Shown: one piece after another, positions 1-13,700 of the stretch
How positions within the stretch are numbered: position 1 is the first letter of the stretch
Layout: the number at the start of each line of letters is the position of its first letter
The notes under the pieces: generated by a model
Seen by the model: the letters and a program-made list of their open reading frames with translations, nothing else
What the model was told of the DNA's origin: nothing
Database searches by the model: none
Assembly (NCBI GenBank): GCA_964016885.1
Contig: OZ024759.1
Span: 1,922,001 to 1,986,000, forward strand
Reading direction: 5' to 3'
Origin: Eledone cirrhosa
Taxonomy: Eukaryota
Length of the DNA: 64,000 nucleotides
Position numbers and translations under genes: made by a program

Positions 1-3000
1 TTAGTAGCATGACACAGTCTATATTAGCAACATGACAAAGTCTATATTAGTAACATGACACAGTCTATATTAGTAGCATGACAAAGTCTGTATTAGTAAC
101 ATGACAAAGTCTATATTAGTAACATGACAAAGTCTATATTAGTAACATGACAAAGTCTATATTAGTAACATGACACAGTCTATATTAGTAACGTGACAAA
201 GTCTATATTAGTAGCATGACAAAGTCTATATTAGTAACATGACAAAGTCTATATTAGTAACATGACAAAGTCTATATTAGTATCATGACAAAGTCTATAT
301 TAGTAACATGACAAAGTCGATATTAGTAACATGACAAAGTCTATATTAGTAACATGACACAGTATATATTAGTAACATGACAGTCTATATTAGTAACATG
401 ACAGTCTACATTAGTAACATGACACAGTCTATATTAGTAACATGACAAAGTCGATATTACTAACATGACAATGTCTATATTAGTAACATGACAAAGTCTA
501 TATTAGTAACATGACACAGTCTATATTACTAACATGACACAGTCTATATTAGTAACATGACACAGTCTATATTAGTAACATGACAAAGTCTATATTAGTA
601 AAATGACAAAGTCTATATTAGTAACATGACAAAGTCTTTATTAGTAACATGACACAGTCTATATTAGTAACATGACACAGTCTATATTAGTAACATGACA
701 AAGTCTATATTAGTAACATGACAAAGTCTATATTAGTAACATGACACAGTCTATATTAGTAACATCACACAGTCTATATTAGTAACATGACAAAGTCTAT
801 ATTAGTAACATGACAAAGTCTATATTAGTAACATGACACAGTCTATATTAGTAACATGACACAGTCTATATTAGTAACATGAGACAGTCTATATTAGTAG
901 CATGACAAAGTCTATATTAGTAACATGACACGGTCTACATTAGTAACATGACAAAGTCTATATTAGTAACATGACACAGTCTATATTAGTAACATGAGAC
1001 AGTCTATATTAGTAACATGACTAAGTCTATATTAGTAACATGACACAGTCTATATTAGTAACATGACACAGTCTATATTAGTAACATGACAAAGTCTATA
1101 TTAGTTACATGACAAAGTCTATATTAGTAACATGACAAAGTCTATATTAGTAACATGACACAGTCTATATTAGTAACATGACGAAGTCTATATTAGTAAC
1201 ATGACACAGTCTATATTAGTAACATGACACAGTATATATTAGTAACATGAAAAAGTCTATATTAGTAACATGACAAAGTCTATATTAGTAACATGACAAA
1301 GTCTATATTAGTAACATGACAAAGTCTATATTAGTAGCATGACACAGACTATATTAGCAACATGACAAAGTCTATATTAGTAACATGACACAGTCTATAT
1401 TAGTAACATGACACAGTCTATATTAGTAACATGACACAGTCTATATTAGTAACATGACAAAGTCTACATTAGTAACATGACAAAGTCTATATTAGTAACA
1501 TGACAAGGTCTGTATTAGTAACATGACACAGTCTATATTAGTAGCATGACACAGTCTATATTAGTAACATGATACAGTCTATATTAGTAACATGACAAAG
1601 TCTATATTAGTAACATGACAAAGTCTATATTAGTAAAATGACAAAGTCTATATTAGTAACATGACAAAGTCTTTATTAGTAACATGAAACAGTCTATATT
1701 AGTAACATGACACAGTCTATATTAGTAACATGACAAAGTCTATATTAGTAACATGACACAGTCTATATTAGTAACATGACACAGTCTATATTAGTAACAT
1801 GACACAGTCTAGATTAGTAACATGACACAGTCTATATTAGTAACATGAGACAGTCTATATTAGTAGCATGACAAAGTCTATATTAGTAACATGACACAGT
1901 CTACATTAGTAACATGACAAAGTCTATATTAGTAACATGACACAGTCTATATTAGTAACATGAGACAGTCTATATTAGTAACATGACAAAGTCTATATTA
2001 GTAACATGACACAGTCTATATTAGTAACATGACAAAGTCTATATTAGTAACATGACACAGTCTATATTAGTAACATGACACAGTCTATATTATTAACATG
2101 ACAAAGTCTATATTAGTAACATGACACAGTCTATATTAGTAACATGAGACAGTCTATATTAGTAACATGACTAAGTCTATATTAGTAACATGACACAGTC
2201 TATATTAGTAACATGACACAGTCTATATTAGTAACATGACAAAGTCTATATTAGTTACATGACAAAGTCTATATTAGTAACATGACAAAGTCTATATTAG
2301 TAACATGACACAGTCTATATTAGTAACATGACGAAGTCTATATTAGTAACATGACACAGTCTATATTAGTAACATGACACAGTCTATATTAGTAACATGA
2401 AACAGTCTATATTAGTAACATGACAAAGTCTATATTAGTAACATGACAAAGTCTATATTAGTAACATGACAAAGTCTATATTAGTAGCATGACACAGTCT
2501 ATATTAGCAACATGACAAAGTCTATATTAGTAACATGACACAGTCTATATTAGTAACATGACACAGTCTATATTAGTAACATGACACAGTCTATATTAGT
2601 AACATGACACAGTCTATATTAATAACATGACACAGTCTATATTAGTAACATGACACAGTCTATATTATTAACATGACAAAGTCTATATTAGTAACATGAC
2701 ACAGTCTATATTAGTAACATGAGACAGTCTATATTAGTAACATGACTAAGTCTATATTAGTAACATGACACAGTCTATATTAGTAACATGACACAGTCTA
2801 TATTAGTAACATGACAAAGTCTATATTAGTTACATGACAAAGTCTATATTAGTAACATGACAAAGTCTATATTAGTAACATGACACAGTCTATATTAGTA
2901 ACATGACGAAGTCTATATTAGTAACATGACACAGTCTATATTAGTAACATGACACAGTCTATATTAGTAACATGAAACAGTCTATATTAGTAACATGACA

Positions 3001-5616
3001 AAGTCTATATTAGTAACATGACAAAGTCTATATTAGTAACATGACAAAGTCTATATTAGTAGCATGACACAGTCTATATTAGCAACATGACAAAGTCTAT
3101 ATTAGTAACATGACACAGTCTATATTAGTAACATGACACAGTCTATATTAGTAACATGAGACAGTCTATATTAGTAGCATGACAAAGTCTATATTAGTAA
3201 CATGACACAGTTTACATTAGTAACATGACAAAGTCTATATTAGTAACATGACACAGTCTATATTAGTAACATGAGACAGTCTATATTAGTAACATGACAA
3301 AGTCTATATTAGTAACATGACACAGTCTATATTAGTAACATGACACAGTCTATATTAGTAACATGACAAAGTCTATATTAGTAACATGACAAAGTCTATA
3401 TTAGTAACATGACAAAGTCTATATTAGTAACATGACACAGTCTATACTAGTAACATGACACAGTCTATATTAGTAACATGACAAAGTCTATATTAGTAAC
3501 ATGACAAAGTCTATATTAGTAACATGACAAAGTCTATATTAGTAACATGACAAAGTCTATATTAGTAGCATGACACAGTCTATATTAGCAACATGACAAA
3601 GTCTATATTAGTAACATGACACAGTCTATATTAGTAGCATGACAAAGTCTGTATTAGTAACATGACAAAGTCTATATTAGTAACATGACAAAGTCTATAT
3701 TAGTAACATGACAAAGTCTATATTAGTAACATGACACAGTCTATATTAGTAACGTGACAAAGTCTATATTAGTAGCATGACAAAGTCTATATTAGTAACA
3801 TGACAAAGTCTATATTAGTAACATGACAAAGTCTATATTAGTATCATGACAAAGTCTATATTAGTAACATGACAAAGTCGATATTAGTAACATGACAAAG
3901 TCTATATTAGTAACATGACACAGTATATATTAGTAACATGACAGTCTATATTAGTAACATGACAGTCTACATTAGTAACATGACACAGTCTATATTAGTA
4001 ACATGACAAAGTCGATATTACTAACATGACAATGTCTATATTAGTAACATGACAAAGTCTATATTAGTAACATGACACAGTCTATATTACTAACATGACA
4101 CAGTCTATATTAGTAACATGACACAGTCTATATTAGTAACATGACAAAGTCTATATTAGTAAAATGACAAAGTCTATATTAGTAACATGACAAAGTCTTT
4201 ATTAGTAACATGACACAGTCTATATTAGTAACATGACACAGTCTATATTAGTAACATGACAAAGTCTATATTAGTAACATGACAAAGTCTATATTAGTAA
4301 CATGACACAGTCTATATTAGTAACATCACACAGTCTATATTAGTAACATGACAAAGTCTATATTAGTAACATGACAAAGTCTATATTAGTAACATGACAC
4401 AGTCTATATTAGTAACATGACACAGTCTATATTAGTAACATGAGACAGTCTATATTAGTAGCATGACAAAGTCTATATTAGTAACATGACACGGTCTACA
4501 TTAGTAACATGACAAAGTCTATATTAGTAACATGACACAGTCTATATTAGTAACATGAGACAGTCTATATTAGTAACATGACTAAGTCTATATTAGTAAC
4601 ATGACACAGTCTATATTAGTAACATGACACAGTCTATATTAGTAACATGACAAAGTCTATATTAGTTACATGACAAAGTCTATATTAGTAACATGACAAA
4701 GTCTATATTAGTAACATGACACAGTCTATATTAGTAACATGACGAAGTCTATATTAGTAACATGACACAGTCTATATTAGTAACATGACACAGTATATAT
4801 TAGTAACATGAAAAAGTCTATATTAGTAACATGACAAAGTCTATATTAGTAACATGACAAAGTCTATATTAGTAACATGACAAAGTCTATATTAGTAGCA
4901 TGACACAGACTATATTAGCAACATGACAAAGTCTATATTAGTAACATGACACAGTCTATATTAGTAACATGACACAGTCTATATTAGTAACATGACACAG
5001 TCTATATTAGTAACATGACAAAGTCTACATTAGTAACATGACAAAGTCTATATTAGTAACATGACAAGGTCTGTATTAGTAACATGACACAGTCTATATT
5101 AGTAGCATGACACAGTCTATATTAGTAACATGATACAGTCTATATTAGTAACATGACAAAGTCTATATTAGTAACATGACAAAGTCTATATTAGTAAAAT
5201 GACAAAGTCTATATTAGTAACATGACAAAGTCTTTATTAGTAACATGACACAGTCTATATTAGTAACATGACACAGTCTATATTAGTAACATGACAAAGT
5301 CTATATTAGTAACATGACACAGTCTATATTAGTAACATGACACAGTCTATATTAGTAACATGACACAGTCTAGATTAGTAACATGACACAGTCTATATTA
5401 GTAACATGAGACAGTCTATATTAGTAGCATGACAAAGTCTATATTAGTAACATGACACAGTCTACATTAGTAACATGACAAAGTCTATATTAGTAACATG
5501 ACACAGTCTATATTAGTAACATGAGACAGTCTATATTAGTAACATGACAAAGTCTATATTAGTAACATGACACAGTCTATATTAGTAACATGACAAAGTC
5601 TATATTAGTAACATGA
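1..5616. repeat. Higher-order block duplication: ~1-2055 repeated at ~3562-5616 (offset 3561 bp)
   Basis: Variant markers recur at a constant offset: ACGTG 191/3752, TCTAGA 1808/5369, and the gtagc-agcaa pair 1/3562. 3561 = 155x23 - 4, matching the two 21-bp monomers in the interval. One difference seen (gaaac ~1686 vs gacac). Confidence 0.9.
2065..3150. repeat. Local tandem duplication of 25 monomers (575 bp)
   Basis: TATTAAC variant at 2091/2666 and ACGAAG variant at 2331/2906, both offset 575 = 25x23. GACTAAG, GTTAC and GAAAC variants occur in the same order in both copies. Confidence 0.88.
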
Positions 5617-8600
5617 CAAAGTCTATATTAGTAACATGACACAGTCTATATTAATAACATGACACAGTCTATATTAGTAACATGACACAGTCTATATTAT
5701 TAACATGACAAAGTCTATATTAGTAACATGACACAGTCTATATTAGTAACATGAGACAGTCTATATTAGTAACATGACTAAGTCTATATTAGTAACATGA
5801 CACAGTCTATATTAGTAACATGACACAGTCTATATTAGTAACATGACAAAGTCTATATTAGTTACATGACAAAGTCTATATTAGTAACATGACAAAGTCT
5901 ATATTAGTAACATGACACAGTCTATATTAGTAACATGACGAAGTCTATATTAGTAACATGACACAGTCTATATTAGTAACATGACACAGTCTATATTAGT
6001 AACATGAAACAGTCTATATTAGTAACATGACAAAGTCTATATTAGTAACATGACAAAGTCTATATTAGTAACATGACAAAGTCTATATTAGTAGCATGAC
6101 ACAGTCTATATTAGCAACATGACAAAGTCTATATTAGTAACATGACACAGTCTATATTAGTAACATGACACAGTCTATATTAGTAACATGACACAGTCTA
6201 TATTAGTAACATGACAAAGTCTATATTAGTAACATGACACAGTCTATATTAGTAACATGACAGTCTATATTAGTAACATGACAGTCTACATTAGTAACAT
6301 GACACAGTCTATATTAATAACATGACAAAGTCGATATTAGTAACATGACAATGTCTATATTAGTAACATGACAAAGTCTATATTAGTAACATGACACAGT
6401 CTATATTACTAACATGACACAGTCTATATTAGTAACATGACAAAGTCTATATTAGTAATATGACAAAGTCTATATTAGTAAAATGACAAAGTCTATATTA
6501 GTAGCATGACAAAGTCTTTATTAGTAACATGACACAGTCTATATTAGTAACATGACACAGTCTATATTAGTAACATGACAAAGTCTATATTAGTAACATG
6601 ACAAAGTCTATATTAGTAACATGACACAGTCTATATTAGTAACATGACACAGTCTATATTAGTAACATGACAAAGTCTATATTAGTAACATGACAAAGTC
6701 TATATTAGTAACATGACACAGTCTATATTAGTAACATGACACCGTCTATATTAGTAACATGAGACAGTCTATATTAGTAGCATGACAAAGTCTATATTAG
6801 TAACATGACACAGTCTACATTAGTAACATGACAAAGTCTATATTAGTAACATGACACAGTCTATATTAGTAACATGAGACAGTCTATATTAGTAACATGA
6901 CAAAGTCTATATTAGTAACATGACACAGTCTATATTAGTAACATGACACAGTCTATATTAGTAACATGACAAAGTCTATATTAGTAACATGACAAAGTCT
7001 ATATTAGTAACATGACAAAGTCTATATTAGTAACATGACACAGTCTATACTAGTAACATGACACAGTCTATATTAGTAACATGACAAAGTCTATATTAGT
7101 AACATGACAAAGTCTATATTAGTAACATGACAAAGTCTATATTAGTAACATGACAAAGTCTATATTAGTAGCATGACACAGTCTATATTAGCAACATGAC
7201 AAAGTCTATATTAGTAACATGACACAGTCTATATTAGTAGCATGACAAAGTCTGTATTAGTAACATGACAAAGTCTATATTAGTAACATGACAAAGTCTA
7301 CATTAGTAACATGACAAAGTCTATATTAGTAACATCACACAGTCTATATTAGTAACATGACAAAGTCTATATTAGTAACATGACAAAGTCTATATTAGTA
7401 ACATGACACAGTCTATATTAGTAACATGACACAGTCTATATTAGTAACATGAGACAGTCTATATTAGTAGCATGACAAAGTCTATATTAGTAACATGACA
7501 CAGTCTACATTAGTAACATGACAAAGTCTATATTAGTAACATGACACAGTCTATATTAGTAACATGAGACAGTCTATATTAGTAACATGACTAAGTCTAT
7601 ATTAGTAACATGACACAGTCTATATTAGTAACATGACACAGTCTATATTAGTAACATGACAAAGTCTATATTAGTTACATGACAAAGTCTATATTTGTAA
7701 CATGACAAAGTCTATATTAGTAACATGACACAGTCTATATTAGTAACATGACGAAGTCTATATTAGTAACATGACACAGTCTATATTAGTAACATGACAC
7801 AGTATATATTAGTAACATGAAAAAGTCTATATTAGTAACATGACAAAGTCTATATTAGTAACATGACAAAGTCTATATTAGTAACATGACAAAGTCTATA
7901 TTAGTAGCATGACACAGACTATATTAGCAACATGACAAAGTCTATATTAGTAACATGACACAGTCTATATTAGTAACATGACAGAGTCTATATTAGTAAC
8001 ATGACACAGTCTATATTAGTAACATGACAAAGTCTACATTAGTAACATGACAAAGTCTATATTAGTAACATGACAAGGTCTGTATTAGTAACATGACACA
8101 GTCTATATTAGTAGCATGACACAGTCTATATTAGTAACATGATACAGTCTATATTAGTAACATGACAAAGTCTATATTAGTAACATGACAAAGTCTATAT
8201 TAGTAAAATGACAAAGTCTATATTAGTAACATGACAAAGTCTTTATTAGTAACATGACACAGTCTATATTAGTAACATGACACAGTCTATATTAGTAACA
8301 TGACAAAGTCTATATTAGTAACATGACACAGTCTATATTAGTAACATGACACAGTCTATATTAGTAACATGACACAGTCTAGATTAGTAACATGACACAG
8401 TCTATATTAGTAACATGAGACAGTCTATATTAGTAGCATGACAAAGTCTATATTAGTAACATGACACAGTCTACATTAGTAACATGACAAAGTCTATATT
8501 AGTAACATGACACAGTCTATATTAGTAACATGAGACAGTCTATATTAGTAACATGACAAAGTCTATATTAGTAACTTGACACAGTCTATATTAGTAACAT

Positions 8601-10749
8601 GACAAAGTCTATATTAGTAACATGACAAAGTCTATATTAGTAACATGACAAAGTCTATATTAGTAGCATGACCCAGTCTATATTAGCAACATGGCAAAGT
8701 CTATATTAGTAACATGACACAGTCTATATTAATAACATGACACAGTCTATATTAGTAACATGACACAGTCTATATTATTAACATGACAAAGTCTATATTT
8801 GTAACATGACACAGTCTATATTAGTAACATGAGACAGTCTATATTAGTAACATGACTAAGTCTATATTACTAACATGACACAGTCTATATTAGTAACATG
8901 ACACAGTCTATATTAGTAACATGACAAAGTCTATATTAGTTACATGACAAAGTCTATATTAGTAACATGACAAAGTCTATATTAGTAACATGACCAAGTC
9001 TATATTAGTAACATGACGAAGTCTATATTAGTAACATGACACAGTCTATATTAGTAACATGACACAGTCTATATTAGTAACATCAAAAAGTCTATATTAG
9101 TAACATGACAAAGTCTATATTAGTAACATGACAAAGTCTATATTAGTAACATGACAAAGTCTACATTAGTAGCATGACACAGTCTATATTAGCAACATGA
9201 CAAAGTCTATATTAGTAACATGACACAGTCTATATTAGTAACATGACACAGTCTATATTAGTAACATGACACAGTCTATATTAGTAACATGACAAAGTCT
9301 ACATTAGTAACATGACAAAGTCTATATTAGTAACATGACAAGGTCTATATTAGTAACATGACACAGTCTATATTAGTAGCATGACACAGTCTATATTAGT
9401 AACATGATACAGTCTATATTAGTAACATGACAAAGTCTATATTAGTAACATGACACAGTCTATATTAGTAACATGACAGTCTATATTAGTAACATGACAC
9501 AGTCTATATTAGTAACATGACAAAGTCTACATTAGTAACATGACAAAGTCTATATTAGTAACATGACAAGGTCTATATTAGTAACATGACACAGTCTATA
9601 TTAGTAGCATGACACAGTCTATATTAGTAACATGATACAGTCTATATTAGTAACATGACAAAGTCTATATTAGTAACATGACACAGTCTATATTAGTAAC
9701 ATGACAGTCTACATTAGTAACATGACACAGTCTATATTAGTAACATGACAAAGTCGATATTAGTAACATGACAATGTCTATATTAGTAACATGACAAAGT
9801 CTATATTAGTAACATGACACAGTCTATATTACTAACATGACACAGTCTATATTAGTAACATGACAAAGTCTATATTAGTAACATGACAAAGTCTATATTA
9901 GTAATATGACAAAGTCTATATTAGTAACATGACACAGTCTATATTAGTAACATGACACAGTCTATATTAGTAGCATGACACAGTCTATATTAGTAACATG
10001 ATACAGTCTATATTAGTAACATGACAAAGTCTATATTAGTAATATGACAAAGTCTATATTAGTAAAATGACAAAGTCTATATTAGTAGCATGACAAAGTC
10101 TTTATTAGTAACATGACACAGTCTATATTAGTAACATGACACAGTCTATATTAGTAACATGACAAAGTCTATATTAGTAACATGACAAAGTCTATATTAG
10201 TAACATGACACAGTCTATATTAGTAACATGACACAGTCTATATTAGTAACATGACAAAGTCTATATTAGTAACATGACAAAGTCTATATTAGTAACATGA
10301 CACAGTCTATATTAGTAACATGACACAGTCTATATTAGTAACATGAGACAGTCTATATTAGTAACATGACAAAGTCTATATTAGTATCATGACACAGTCT
10401 ATATTAGTAACATGAGACAGTCTATATTAGTAACATGACAAAGTCTATATTAGTAACATGACACAGTCTATATTAGTAACATGACGAAGTCTATATTAGT
10501 AACATGACACAGTCTATATTAGTAACATGACACAGTCTATATTAGTAACATGAAAAAGTCTATATTAGTAACATGACAAAGTCTATATTAGTAACATGAC
10601 AAAGTCTATATTAGTAACATGACACAGTCTATATTAGTAGCATGACACAGTCTATATTAGCAACATGACAAAGTCTATATTAGTAACATGACACAGTCTA
10701 TATTAGTAACATGACACAGTCTATATTAGTAACATGACACAGTCTATAT

Positions 10750-13700
10750 TAGTAACATGACAAAGTCTACATTAGTAACATGACAAAGTCTATATTAGTA
10801 ACATGACAAGGTCTATATTAGTAACATGACACAGTCTATATTAGTAGCATGACACAGTCTATATTAGTAACATGATACAGTCTATATTAGTAACATGACA
10901 AAGTCTATATTAGTAACATGACACAGTCTATATTAGTAACATGACAGTCTATATTAGTAACATGACAGTCTACATTAGTAACATGACACAGTCTATATTA
11001 GTAACATGACAAAGTCGATATTAGTAACATGACAATGTCTATATTAGTAACATGACAAAGTCTATATTAGTAACATGACACAGTCTATATTACTAACATG
11101 ACACAGTCTATATTAGTAACATGACAAAGTCTATATTAGTAACATGACAAAGTCTATATTAGTAACATGACACAGTCTATATTAGTAACATGACAAAGTC
11201 TATATTAGTAACATGACACAGTCTATATTAGTAGCATGACACAGTCTATATTAGTAACATGATACAGTCTATATTAGTAACATGACAAAGTCTATATTAG
11301 TAATATGACAAAGTCTATATTAGTAAAATGACAAAGTCTATATTAGTAACATGACAAAGTCTTTATTAGTAACATGACACAGTCTATATTAGTAACATGA
11401 CACAGTCTATATTAGTAACATGACAAAGTCTATATTAGTAACATGACAAAGTCTATATTAGTAACATGACACAGTCTATATTAGTAACATGACACAGTCT
11501 ATATTAGTAACATGACAAAGTCTATATTAGTAACATGACACAGTCTATATTAGTAACATGACACAGTCTATATTAGTAACATGACACAGTCTATATTAGT
11601 AACATGACACAGTCTATATTAGTAACATGACAAAGTCTATATTAGTAACATGACAAAGTCTATATTAGTAACATGACAAAGTCTATATTAGTAACATGAC
11701 ACAGTCTATATTAGTAACATGACACAGTCTATATTAGTAACATGACAAAGTCTATATTAGTAACATGACACAGTCTATATTAGTAACATGACACAGTCTA
11801 TATTAGTAACATGAGACAGTCTATATTAGTAACATGACAAAGTCTATATTAGTATCAGGACACAGTCTATATTAGTAACATGAGACAGTCTATATTAGTA
11901 ACATGACAAAGTCTATATTAGTAACATGACACAGTCTATATTAGTAACATGACGAAGTCTATATTAGTAACATGACACAGTCTATATTAGTAACATGACA
12001 CAGTCTATATTAGTAACATGAAAAAGTCTATATTAGTAACATGACAAAGTCTATATTAGTAACATGACAAAGTCTATATTAGTAACATGACACAGTCTAT
12101 ATTAGTAGCATGACACAGTCTATATTAGCAACATGACAAAGTCTATATTAGTAACATGACACAGTCTATATTAGTAACATGACACAGTCTATATTAGTAA
12201 CATGACACAGTCTATATTAGTAACATGACAAAGTCTACATTAGTAACATGACAAAGTCTATATTAGTAACATGACAAGGTCTATATTAGTAACATGACAC
12301 AGTCTATATTAGTAGCATGACACAGTCTATATTAGTAACATGATACAGTCTATATTAGTAACATGACAAAGTCTATATTAGTAACATGACACAGTCTATA
12401 TTAGTAACATGACAGTCTATATTAGTAACATGACAGTCTACATTAGTAACATGACACAGTCTATATTAGTAACATGACAAAGTCGATATTAGTAACATGA
12501 CAATGTCTATATTAGTAACATGACAAAGTCTATATTAGTAACATGACACAGTCTATATTACTAACATGACACAGTCTATATTAGTAACATGACAAAGTCT
12601 ATATTAGTAACATGACAAAGTCTATATTAGTAACATGACAAAGTCTATATTAGTAACATGACACAGTCTATATTAGTAACATGACACAGTCTATATTAGT
12701 AGCATGACACAGTCTATATTAGTAACATGATACAGTCTATATTAGTAACATGACAAAGTCTATATTAGTAATATGACAAAGTCTATATTAGTAAAATGAC
12801 AAAGTCTATATTAGTAACATGACAAAGTCTTTATTAGTAACATGACACAGTCTATATTAGTAACATGACACAGTCTATATTAGTAACATGACAAAGACTA
12901 TATTAGTAACATGACAAAGTCTATATTAGTAACATGACACAGTCTATATTAGTAACATGACACAGTCTATATTAGTAACATGACAAAGTCTATATTAGTA
13001 ACATGACAAAGTCTATATTAGTAACATGACACAGTCTATATTAGTAACATGACACAGTCTATATTAGTAACATGAGACAGTCTATATTAGTAGCATGACA
13101 AAGTCTATATTAGTAACATGACACAGTCTACATTAGTAACATGACAAAGTCTATATTAGTAACATGACACAGTCTATATTAGTAACATGAGACAGTCTAT
13201 ATTAGTAACATGACAAAGTCTATATTAGTAACATGACACAGTCTATATTAGTAACATGACACAGTCTATATTAGTAACATGACAAAGTCTACATTAGTAA
13301 CATGACAAAGTCTATATTAGTAACATGACAAAGTCTATATTAGTAACATGACACAGTCTATACTAGTAACATGACACAGTCTATATTAGTAACATGACAA
13401 AGTCTATATTAGTAACATGACAAAGTCTATATTAGTAACATGACAAAGTCTATGTTAGTAACATGACAAAGTCTATATTAGTAGCATGACACAGTCTATA
13501 TTAGCAACATGACAAAGTATATATTAGTAACATGACACAGTCTATATTAGTAGCATGACAAAGTCTGTATTAGTAACATGACAAAGTCTATATTAGTAAC
13601 ATGACAAAGTCTATATTAGTAACATGACAAAGTCTATATTAGTAACATGACACAGTCTATATTAGTAACATGACAAAGTCTATATTAGTAGCATGACAAA

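Noticed and set aside
1-46. TATA-like (CTATATTA), homeodomain-core (ATTA) and TALE-type (TGACA/TGACAG) motifs as regulatory elements
   Set aside because: Short motifs like these are expected by chance in AT-rich sequence, and there is no gene context or supporting evidence.
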